Positions 19,901 through 27,437 of a stretch of 64,000 nt of DNA are shown in pieces. The notes beneath the pieces are model-generated. The model did no database searches and was not told the DNA's origin. It saw only the letters and a program-made list of their open reading frames with translations. The first letter of the stretch is position 1. Each line of letters opens with the position of its first letter. Origin of the DNA: a virus. Taxonomy: Duplodnaviria; Caudoviricetes. The stretch lies in the IMG/VR virus record IMGVR_UViG_3300031994_000006, positions 64,001-128,000 of that record; one strand, 5' to 3'. The position numbers and the translations under genes were made by a program.

Positions 19901-22900
19901 GGTCGTCGAGAACGCGCCGGCGATAGACCCGGCCGACATCAAGATAAGCGAGCACCTCGGCAATAACCAGGACTATACGCTCGTCGTCCTGAAATGGGAG
20001 GGTGTCGACCAGACCGATCCCGCGCAGAACTTGACATACGTCACGGAGATTTCGTTTTCGGAGGCGACCGACGGATCGGGCCTGCTCATATCGGGCGGAT
20101 GTTTTAATGACGATGATTCGGCAGACTTCTCGCCGCTTCCCGACATGTGTATCAGGGCCGATGCGGAGAATGACGGCCGGCCGAAGCTGTGGGAGCTGTG
20201 CTATGTCGAGGACTGGGAAACCGTGGATCCGGACGGCATGACGTATTCGAAGGTGTCCGTGAACGCGATGGCGGCGGTCGCCGCCGCCGTCAGGCAGATT
20301 AAGGAGCAGGACCGCAGGAAGGATCCGTCGTCGGCCGGCAAGTACCCGGTCGGCGAGGCGTTCAAGGCCGGCAACAGGGCGCGTAAGAAGGAGGCCGTCT
20401 CCGATACGGTACAGGATACCGATACGTTCATAGGCGACGGTATGCCGGCTGACAAGATTATCCCGAATCTATTCCTGAGCGCCGTCAGTACGACACAGGC
20501 GCTGCTCAGGATGCTGGGCAACGTCAATCCGCCGTTCAAGCCTGAGTTCCCAAGCTATATGAAGTGGTTCATTGATATCATAATCTCCATGTATATCAAG
20601 ACCTCGATTTCCTGGCAGCGCAGGATTTCGATCGCGAACGTCAAGGGCAGCCCTGACAGGAACAAGGGACAGGAATTCGATATCATCCTTGAGATGGGAA
20701 TCAGGAAATACCATTTTCTCATAACCCCGGGCAACAAGGAGAACCAGTATGCGGTATGGTTTAAGATGACCGTGCATCTGTTCGACATAGACTTCAATCC
20801 TGATTATCCGGAGCAGTCCGCCGTCCATATAGCGCCGGCCATGAAGTATTTCATTGCCGGATTCCTTGAGGCATACAGGACGTTCTTTGAGGAAAAAGGT
20901 GTGCTCGAGGCGTTCAGGGCAGGCAACCGGGCCAGGAAGAAGGAATCCGTACAGGATACTGTCAATGCTGTCGATGTACCGGTCAGATTCGAGGATCCGG
21001 TCGTCCGCATGTACATGGAGGAGCATGGGATAACGACTTTGTCCAAGGTCGCGACCGCGATATTGCCGATATGGGATGCCGATGAACAGGAAGACTGGTT
21101 CAGGCCTGAGAGGTTCAATGAGTTCAAGCTGTTCACGTCGATAACTCATATCAAGGAATATATGTTCAACGGACAGGAGAATCTTGAGGAAATAGAGCTC
21201 CCGCCTACAGTACAGGCCATCGGATATGGGGCATTCAGATCATGCCTGAGTCTCGAGAACCTTGACATTCCCAATTCATGCAGGGAACTCGGGGAAGACT
21301 GCCTTGCCGGATGCGACAGCCTTGAATATGTTGGTTTCCCGGATTCATGGACCTATGAATACGCGTTCGAGCAGTTCGCCAGGGCATTCAAAGATGATAT
21401 TGAAACCCTGCCCGACATACTTACCTGGAATGATGTCAACTCATGGGATGAGATGCCGTTCCCTGATGCGACGATTACGAACAATTACTATACATTCCAT
21501 CTGTCGGATCTGTTTAAGAAGTTCAGCGACCAGGATACCCTTGAGATGCATGGACTGCTTAATGAGGCCTTCAGGGCCGGCAACAGGGCCCGCAAGAAGG
21601 AGTCCGCCGCCGATACCGCAGAGGGTCCGTTAAAGCAGATTCCGTTTACTGAGAAGGAAATCAGGGACGCCTTCAGGGCGATAATCGACAGTGAGGACAA
21701 TCCCATCAGGAAGAACGCGCAGCCCGGCTATGAGGACAAGATAAAGCCGGCCGCCGTGCTGGCACAGGCCGTCAGTTATTCATGTGAGGCCTTCAGGAAA
21801 CTGTTCAGCCGCGTTATGGCAGGGCCGTGGGGCAAGCTCAAGATTACATGGGAGGAATGGCGGGACGGACGCCGCTGGGGCGGATGGACGGAACTCGGTA
21901 TAGTCAAGGTCATCATCAGCCGGGACGACTTCAAGGACGGCACGCCCGTCAAGGTGTGGAAGTTTTCGCTCAGGATTACCAACGACTTCGAGAACGACTG
22001 GCAGGACAGGTTCGGCGTATTCGCCGGATTCGACGCCGCTGAGAATCTGAACGTCGAAATATACAAGCCTGTTATAGACATATACATCAGGCACAACCCG
22101 TATAAGATATATGTTCGTCAGGCATTCGTCGACGGGCTTAACAGATTCTTCTCATATGAGATCTGGGAGGCTTTCAAAGCCGGTAACAAGGCCAGGAAGA
22201 AGGAGTCCGTCATCGATACGGTCGAGTCGGTCAATGATATACAGACACAGATTGAATTGTTCAGGAAACAGACTTTCGGCATAGAGCTTGAGATCAGGGA
22301 CGGACATCCGTACTTTAACGGAGACCTGGATCTGCGAGGCTGCACCGGACTGACAAGCCTGCCTACAGGCCTGGAGGTTGAAGGAGACCTGGATCTGGCA
22401 GGCTGCACCGGACTGACAGGACTGCCTGCAGGCCTGAAGGTTGAAGGAGACTTGTCTCTGGAAGGTTGTACCGGACTGACTGGCCTGCCGTTTGACTTGG
22501 TTGTCCGGGGTGCTTATATTTTTCATGATGGTATGCTGATACCGTTCTTCAGGAAACTTGGGATACCGGTTGACAAAGAAGGAGACACAGATACAGAAGA
22601 CTGGTGTACGTGGCAAGAAGCTCATGGATATCTTAAAGAGGCCTTTAGGGCCGGCAACCGTGCAAGGAAGAAGGAGTCCGCCGTCGATACGGTCGATTCC
22701 GTCAATGTGAAGATTACGAAAGAGGAGGTTGTCGGATGGTTCAGGGATGCGATAGATTCTGACCGGAATACCATACCGAAGAATGATCCGCATGCCTGGC
22801 CTGCAATGTGCCTTGTCACTGACGCCTTGTTTACAAGGCTTGCCATTGATAAGCTTGTTGATAAAATTAAGGAAAGTGACAGCGGTGTTGTTATAGAGCG

Positions 22901-23219
22901 TGTATCATACGGACAGTTCCGTAATCCTAAAGGGCCTAATCAGTTCGGCAGTAAGACCTTGGGTTTTGTCGATGTAACGGCAGGCTTTAAGGATCGCAGT
23001 TTTTCATGGAGCTGGGAATTTGTAATTACTATTGAAGATTATAAAGGCAAGGAAGATTATTGCTATAAGCTTTATGTCAATTCTCGTGTAAATTCTGAAA
23101 GCCTTTTACCGGGTCCTAAAAATGAACCGTTGGTGACCGTCTATGCAAGACGTACTCCGTATAAGATAGAAGTCAATGAGAAATTCATCGACGGTATTAA
23201 CAGTATATTGAAACAATGA
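16908..23219 (+). CDS. 2103-aa modular polyprotein: 10 modules each opened by EAF[RK][AS]GN[RK]ARKKE; includes LRR and BspA-like LRR modules
   Basis: Motif Glu codons at 16938, 17595, 18285, 19029, 19737, 20355, 20907, 21564, 22167 and 22638. Confidence 0.9.
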   Translation: MGKIDFDKMNEAFKAGNRARKKEAVQDTVESVDSMQAQIKLFKKQTGVELEIRDGRPYSDRDLDLEGCTGLTGLPVGLEVNGYLYLDGCTGLTGLPKGLEVNRYLSLEGCTGLTGLPDGLKVRGSLWLKDCTGLTGLPDGLKVRGDLVLTGCTGLTVLPAGLEVERLLNLEGCTGLTGLPTDLVVRGDYIVHKGVLTSFFRKLGIPVDDDGNTDAEDWRRWQKAHGYLTEAFRAGNRARKKESLQNDTDAVSRWRIPKKLETIDDWEAAFLLNAESVGITATLRQSDSPSSTTRIYNLYVRSTENNSVTFSVGITKTDFYSDNSPFGIIMRVILKLGAAIGNVSMHLVPVTDAARNTSGRKIFTDLSAAMDSVWEIINYLRNSRHLGQVLKNPLILELDSSDVTMIIVDEYLRSEPGCPLIWNQRDEYQDFLTDYDSELRRATAVGPWINWHGDTEVLAEAFRAGNRARKKESISRTSNIVSTRVPSITELGDMLLDLGFLVRSGKRDYAEERQEKAPEEIDSILFSKWYTPSGKVPESGPIKESMILMRGGYGLLNNKESGRKIPYISAEIHVDIMLDEETVGKYRLSSLSSNWSSVLNLTAFNKVDEEFMPRFAVLMKLWSDSDRILKGLYDMTKDNLLLLRVDQYIQKAYIHRLLCRLMPEFESWLYSEGFGIGKEIDPDSWQWQASGWIKMPEIPEAPQTPVNEAFRAGNRARKKETVRDAVPDNVDPPIRFEDPNVEKICHGHGVYTIGDAAGIETIQGWFEIDSGAGIDNPEIVKFNELRYFTGLTTIPANAFLEQEKLEEIMIPDSVTVIGQCAFDSCRNLSKLVLPDRNSLELGNDCLQSCDGLDEVVVPSGWSRWDCIQNMKEAYDNELIWYQEKIDDNRIPEESAFELLDARLDTYFTNRQDTLDCRFSDLLDWWTEDDCYDDGQDNDGEEMSEAFRSGNRARKKESVQDTVQSDDALDDRNRCAEMMKTMLTSPACPAVRIIGDRPAVVENAPAIDPADIKISEHLGNNQDYTLVVLKWEGVDQTDPAQNLTYVTEISFSEATDGSGLLISGGCFNDDDSADFSPLPDMCIRADAENDGRPKLWELCYVEDWETVDPDGMTYSKVSVNAMAAVAAAVRQIKEQDRRKDPSSAGKYPVGEAFKAGNRARKKEAVSDTVQDTDTFIGDGMPADKIIPNLFLSAVSTTQALLRMLGNVNPPFKPEFPSYMKWFIDIIISMYIKTSISWQRRISIANVKGSPDRNKGQEFDIILEMGIRKYHFLITPGNKENQYAVWFKMTVHLFDIDFNPDYPEQSAVHIAPAMKYFIAGFLEAYRTFFEEKGVLEAFRAGNRARKKESVQDTVNAVDVPVRFEDPVVRMYMEEHGITTLSKVATAILPIWDADEQEDWFRPERFNEFKLFTSITHIKEYMFNGQENLEEIELPPTVQAIGYGAFRSCLSLENLDIPNSCRELGEDCLAGCDSLEYVGFPDSWTYEYAFEQFARAFKDDIETLPDILTWNDVNSWDEMPFPDATITNNYYTFHLSDLFKKFSDQDTLEMHGLLNEAFRAGNRARKKESAADTAEGPLKQIPFTEKEIRDAFRAIIDSEDNPIRKNAQPGYEDKIKPAAVLAQAVSYSCEAFRKLFSRVMAGPWGKLKITWEEWRDGRRWGGWTELGIVKVIISRDDFKDGTPVKVWKFSLRITNDFENDWQDRFGVFAGFDAAENLNVEIYKPVIDIYIRHNPYKIYVRQAFVDGLNRFFSYEIWEAFKAGNKARKKESVIDTVESVNDIQTQIELFRKQTFGIELEIRDGHPYFNGDLDLRGCTGLTSLPTGLEVEGDLDLAGCTGLTGLPAGLKVEGDLSLEGCTGLTGLPFDLVVRGAYIFHDGMLIPFFRKLGIPVDKEGDTDTEDWCTWQEAHGYLKEAFRAGNRARKKESAVDTVDSVNVKITKEEVVGWFRDAIDSDRNTIPKNDPHAWPAMCLVTDALFTRLAIDKLVDKIKESDSGVVIERVSYGQFRNPKGPNQFGSKTLGFVDVTAGFKDRSFSWSWEFVITIEDYKGKEDYCYKLYVNSRVNSESLLPGPKNEPLVTVYARRTPYKIEVNEKFIDGINSILKQ
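17094..17471 (+). repeat. 6 x 63-bp coding tandem repeat (21-aa LRR, LxLxGCTGLTGLPxGLxVxGx)
   Basis: Recurrent tg(c/t)accggactgacaggcctgcc at a 63-nt period. Confidence 0.9.
22326..22514 (+). repeat. 3 x 63-bp coding tandem repeat (same 21-aa LRR)
   Basis: Paralogous to 17094-17471. Confidence 0.9.
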
Positions 23220-23443
23220 AGATAATCAGGGCATATATAAGGTTCATCGAGACGCTGCTGACCGACAGGAGGACCGAGCAGGAGATCCGCCGGTATGATA
23301 TCTGCAGGGCCTGCCCGCACCGGAAGTGGGTGTTCTGCGGCCTGTGCGGGTGTGTCATACACGCCAAGACTATGGCCGACTATCCCCTGGGATCCGACGG
23401 CCTGAGCATAGGCGGGTGTCCGGACGAGCCCCCGAGATGGTGA
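23216..23443 (+). CDS. small Cys-rich protein (DUF6171-like)
   Basis: RYDICRACP...CGLCGC...AKT...CP...W pattern; ATGA-coupled to the polyprotein gene. Confidence 0.65.
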   Translation: MKIIRAYIRFIETLLTDRRTEQEIRRYDICRACPHRKWVFCGLCGCVIHAKTMADYPLGSDGLSIGGCPDEPPRW

Positions 23444-23447
23444 CCGG

Positions 23448-23463
23448 ATAAATAACCGGAAAA
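23448..23463 (+). promoter_or_regulatory. late promoter-like ATAAATAACCGGAAA
   Basis: Same 15-mer as at 26197; intergenic, upstream of a gene start. Confidence 0.6.
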
Positions 23464-23480
23464 TTCAGATACTGTATTAT

Positions 23481-24215
23481 ATGAAGATAAGTCTCAAGAA
23501 GGAACATTGGATGTTCATCCTGGTGGTGGTGCTCGGACTCAGCCTGTTCGGCAACGTCAGGCAGTGCATCCGCCTGCATGAGAAGCCCGTCGTGATTGAC
23601 GACTCGCTCCGTTACTGGAAGGACAAGGCCGGCAGGGAATACGCAGAGAAGGCCGCGGCTATCATGACCGTCAGTCAGCTCAGGCATGAGAACGACTCCC
23701 TGTATGCGGAATACAAGGCGCTCAAGGATCGCGGTCCTATCATCATTACCAAGACCGAGACGCTCATCGAGCTCCGCGACACGGCCATCAATACGGTGGT
23801 CGAGAAGTTCCCCGGCGGCTATGACCTGAAATGGGGCATGCGCCAGGACTTCAGCGGCAACAACTGGGTGGCGCTCGGCGGCACGACCAGGGCCGACTCG
23901 CTCATGAAGGACGTCACGACCAGGCTCGACTCGCTCCAGATAGGCGCCGACATGGTGCTCAGCGTGACCGACGGCAACAAGGACTGCGTCCGTATCGACG
24001 TCAGGTCCAACAACCCGCTGCTCAAGGTCACCGACATAGAGGGCGTGATGCTCGATCCGAATAAGTCCAAGTCAATCACCTCGAGGATCAAGAAGAAGAA
24101 GTTCGGTATCGGACTGCATGTCGGACCGGGACTCCAGGTCAATCCGAAAGGCGAGGTCAACCTCGGCATAGAGGCCGGCGTCGGACTTGATTTCAACCTG
24201 ATTTCCCTGTTCTAA
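23481..24215 (+). CDS. membrane-anchored protein, putative spanin-like lysis protein
   Basis: N-terminal transmembrane segment, coiled coil, C-terminal KKKKFGIGLHVGPG...GVGLDFNL beta-hairpin. Confidence 0.55.
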   Translation: MKISLKKEHWMFILVVVLGLSLFGNVRQCIRLHEKPVVIDDSLRYWKDKAGREYAEKAAAIMTVSQLRHENDSLYAEYKALKDRGPIIITKTETLIELRDTAINTVVEKFPGGYDLKWGMRQDFSGNNWVALGGTTRADSLMKDVTTRLDSLQIGADMVLSVTDGNKDCVRIDVRSNNPLLKVTDIEGVMLDPNKSKSITSRIKKKKFGIGLHVGPGLQVNPKGEVNLGIEAGVGLDFNLISLF

Positions 24216-24216
24216 G

Positions 24217-26115
24217 ATGGCAAAGATTTCGAAGTTCTTCCAGATCTCGGAGAAGATCCTCCTCGAGTATTCATATGACACGTACAATCCGTCAAGCAGG
24301 CTCAGCCAGGCGTTCGCCGGCGTGATAGAGCAGCTCGACGGAAGGAAGGCCGTATTCGAGACGCCTTCACGCGACGACATGCAGGAGCGGTACAAGTCGT
24401 CATTCCTGTTCTCGTCGTATCCGAACGAGACCGGCGATTCCGCCTTCTATACAGGCTACACGCAGGTGTCCAAGCTGTCGTCCGTCGACTCGGCATGTCA
24501 GGACAGGCTCGTGTCGGAGCGCAGGATCTCGAGGATCGTGCTGGCGCCGTCGCCCGTCCAGGTATACTATGACACCGTAAGGGTCCACATACTGACCGGA
24601 TACAATTTCGCCGACGTCGCCGGATTCCTGATGACGTTCGCCGCCCATGCCGTACAGGGACCGGACGTCGTACTGAGGAACTTCACGTTCAACAAGGGCG
24701 CCGGACTGGTGTCCGCGGGTACCGGATGCGTCACGTTCAATCCCCGTCCGGTCTATCTGTCAGGCAAGTTCTACGACCGCTACATAGAGTTCACGGTGCC
24801 GAGCGCGTACTGGCTCGCGTCGGCCGCCAATCCGGGCATGGGTACGATACAGGGCGTACTCAACGTCAAGCACGGCTCGGGCGTGACCGTCTCGTTCACC
24901 GAGATAGGCGACGATAACTGGAGGCTTGTCGAGAATCCTGTCCCTTATACCCCGGGAGCCACGCTCATCGGACAGGCGGATCTCATGCTCACCAACCGGG
25001 TCGACGCCGAGATACCGTACAACTCACAGTCCGACTGGTTCAACGTCCGCCTCGGTGTCGATGAGGACAAGAGGGCCGTTGAGTTCTATTCGGTCTGGGG
25101 CGACGTCATCGACGACCAGCCGATGACCATGACCGTCATGAACCAGATCGAGACCGGCGACATCCGCATACTCACTGACTCGTTCATGGACGACTCAGAC
25201 GTCGACTGGGAGGAGTTCACCGAGATATACGGTCCCGAGGCGCGCAAATGGGTCATCCGTAACGAGCTCACGCTGACGTACAGGTACAATTCGTACACGT
25301 TCGCCGGATCGGAGCTCTACGAGTACCGGAACATACACCAGAAGGAGCGTATCGACCGGTATACCATGCTGGAGGACTTCAACGACTCCACGCTTGCCGA
25401 CTCGGACGCCGACTCCACGTATAAGTTCTTCTACAGGCCGGTGGTGCCCGAGCTGCCCGGATACGACTGCGTCGCGATGGACATCGAGTATACCGCGAGG
25501 CTCCTGAACAGGCTCAACGGCGCCGAGGTCGTCCGAATGGCCACCATGACAGTCGAGCAGCCGCTCAGGGCATTCGAGGACAAATCGGCCGAGATCTCGG
25601 TCAGCAACATGAACCGGTGGGTGCTGTTCAACAAGAACGTCATCAACCAGATAGTGCCCGACTCGTCGGCGCTCGCCGCGCAGCGCGACTCCAGGATCAG
25701 GTACATATCCAATTTCTATACCAATAACGATATAGTGATACAGGCCGGTACGGATACGTTCACGACCATGGGCACCAATACGCTCGTACTGTACGACACC
25801 GATCACTACTACAAGTTCTCCGTATGGTCCGATATGACGCTCAGCCAGCCGTGGGCGCTCGATCAGGCTACAGCCGAATACCTGCTGACCTATACGGACA
25901 AGGACGATATAAGGAAATACATAGCGCCGACGTATTCCGTCAACATGTCGCTCGCCGCCGGGACCATAGAGTTCAAGCTGACGGAGTCGATGGTGAAGAG
26001 CATACTCGGCGGCAACGGCAGGTATGCGCTCGTGGCCAGGACGCCCGAGGGCACCACGACGGTTTTCGCCGGCCGGGCCGTGAGTATATACAGTACCGAG
26101 TCTGAGAATCCGTAA
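24217..26115 (+). CDS. hypothetical protein, probably structural
   Basis: 632 aa, beta-rich, in a late-promoter operon. Confidence 0.6.
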   Translation: MAKISKFFQISEKILLEYSYDTYNPSSRLSQAFAGVIEQLDGRKAVFETPSRDDMQERYKSSFLFSSYPNETGDSAFYTGYTQVSKLSSVDSACQDRLVSERRISRIVLAPSPVQVYYDTVRVHILTGYNFADVAGFLMTFAAHAVQGPDVVLRNFTFNKGAGLVSAGTGCVTFNPRPVYLSGKFYDRYIEFTVPSAYWLASAANPGMGTIQGVLNVKHGSGVTVSFTEIGDDNWRLVENPVPYTPGATLIGQADLMLTNRVDAEIPYNSQSDWFNVRLGVDEDKRAVEFYSVWGDVIDDQPMTMTVMNQIETGDIRILTDSFMDDSDVDWEEFTEIYGPEARKWVIRNELTLTYRYNSYTFAGSELYEYRNIHQKERIDRYTMLEDFNDSTLADSDADSTYKFFYRPVVPELPGYDCVAMDIEYTARLLNRLNGAEVVRMATMTVEQPLRAFEDKSAEISVSNMNRWVLFNKNVINQIVPDSSALAAQRDSRIRYISNFYTNNDIVIQAGTDTFTTMGTNTLVLYDTDHYYKFSVWSDMTLSQPWALDQATAEYLLTYTDKDDIRKYIAPTYSVNMSLAAGTIEFKLTESMVKSILGGNGRYALVARTPEGTTTVFAGRAVSIYSTESENP

Positions 26116-26155
26116 GGATTCCAAATCTCAGTGAATTGTTGTTTGTCATAAGTTT

Positions 26156-26192
26156 AGAAGGCGCATCCGTGAGGATCCGCCTTTTCTTTTTT
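26156..26192 (+). terminator. rho-independent terminator
   Basis: agaaggcgcatcc-gtga-ggatccgcctttt followed by a T run. Confidence 0.7.
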
Positions 26193-26196
26193 ACCG

Positions 26197-26211
26197 ATAA
26201 ATAACCGGAAA
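26197..26211 (+). promoter_or_regulatory. late promoter-like ATAAATAACCGGAAA
   Basis: Between the terminator and the ATG at 26232. Confidence 0.6.
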
Positions 26212-26231
26212 TACCGGAATATATTCTGATA

Positions 26232-27437
26232 ATGGCCGAAAAATATTCAACGCTCAAGATACCGAGCCTTTATAAGTTCACTTCGGAGATTGACTACCTC
26301 AACTTCCTGGCGACCAAGCCGGCCGCGGACCGTGAGTCCGTACTCGCGTTCGTGGGCAACAGTGCGGGCCGTGACGACGTGGACGACAATACGTCACAGG
26401 GATTCGACATATTCCTCGGCAACGAGTCGCTCACCAAGGTCAAGTTCTATGTGACGGATGAGTCTACCGGATACTGGAGGCTCGCCACCGAGTCCGAGCT
26501 CGACGGAACCGTCAACTACGCCATTACGAAGGTCGACCGTGACCGTCAGTCCCATTCGAAGAACATCTATCTCAGGAAGATCTCCGAGGAGGTCAACGGC
26601 CTTGTGGAGAAGGCGGTGGACGACAAGTACTACTCGATGCTCCACCATACACACCTCATCTTCCGCAAGATATACTCGATACTGTACAAGTTCGTCATAC
26701 CGAACATCGACGACGCATGGCTCACCCAGGCGCCGGGCATCTATGAGCACGGACAGAAGGTGACCATCTCGAGCGTACGTATCGGAACGCTGACCGAGCC
26801 CGACGTGAAGATCAAGAGGATCGGTGTATTCAAGAACAGGGTGCAGGACGTCTCGCCCGCGAACTGCATCGCCTATACGACACAGAAGACCACGGGCAAC
26901 GAGCTGGCGCTCAACATGCCCGTCACAATCTCGGAGAACCATACCTATTACATAGGATTCACATACGAGTTCGTCAACCATACGGACCTCATACACAAGG
27001 AGAGGAACTTCGACACCAGCGTCCCGCTCGGTGAGGAGGAGGGAACCGAGTTCGTCGAGTTCATCAAGACATGTACATACACATTCGGATATATGGAGAA
27101 ATTCTTCTGGAGCACCAATATAGACGCCGTCCGTAACAGGTCGATCGGCGAGATCATGACGACTGAGGAGGACTGGCGCCCCGGCACGTCTTATGTCGGC
27201 GTCACCCATCATACAGGCAGCCTGGCCGCATGGGTGCCGACGACCGAGCAGACCAAGAAATTCCTGTTCGCCTGCTTCCCCGAGTCATGGGGCAAGCCGA
27301 AGTACATGATAGACGGCCTGACCTATGAGTTCGAGGAGGATAAACTGATAAATAAGACTGAATACAACGGAGTGACTTACTGCCTCTACGCATCTGACTA
27401 TCCGATTGTCGCAAACGCTATCAGCATCACAAGGTAA
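26232..27437 (+). CDS. hypothetical protein, probably structural
   Basis: 401 aa; TAATG-coupled to the giant phosphoesterase gene. Confidence 0.6.
   Translation: MAEKYSTLKIPSLYKFTSEIDYLNFLATKPAADRESVLAFVGNSAGRDDVDDNTSQGFDIFLGNESLTKVKFYVTDESTGYWRLATESELDGTVNYAITKVDRDRQSHSKNIYLRKISEEVNGLVEKAVDDKYYSMLHHTHLIFRKIYSILYKFVIPNIDDAWLTQAPGIYEHGQKVTISSVRIGTLTEPDVKIKRIGVFKNRVQDVSPANCIAYTTQKTTGNELALNMPVTISENHTYYIGFTYEFVNHTDLIHKERNFDTSVPLGEEEGTEFVEFIKTCTYTFGYMEKFFWSTNIDAVRNRSIGEIMTTEEDWRPGTSYVGVTHHTGSLAAWVPTTEQTKKFLFACFPESWGKPKYMIDGLTYEFEEDKLINKTEYNGVTYCLYASDYPIVANAISITR

Noticed and set aside
21780-21800. SCEAFRKL as an eleventh tag in the polyprotein
   Set aside because: Lacks AGNRARKKE and the hydrophobic residue two positions before the Glu; probably a chance partial match.
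17094-22514. Diversity-generating retroelement template/variable repeat pair
   Set aside because: Differences are not restricted to adenines, both arrays are coding tandem LRRs, and no reverse transcriptase is visible.
16938-22680. Regularly spaced ~40-bp repeats as a CRISPR array or non-coding cassette sites
   Set aside because: Spacing is 470-745 bp, all copies are in frame and vary at synonymous positions, and no cas or integrase gene is visible in the window.
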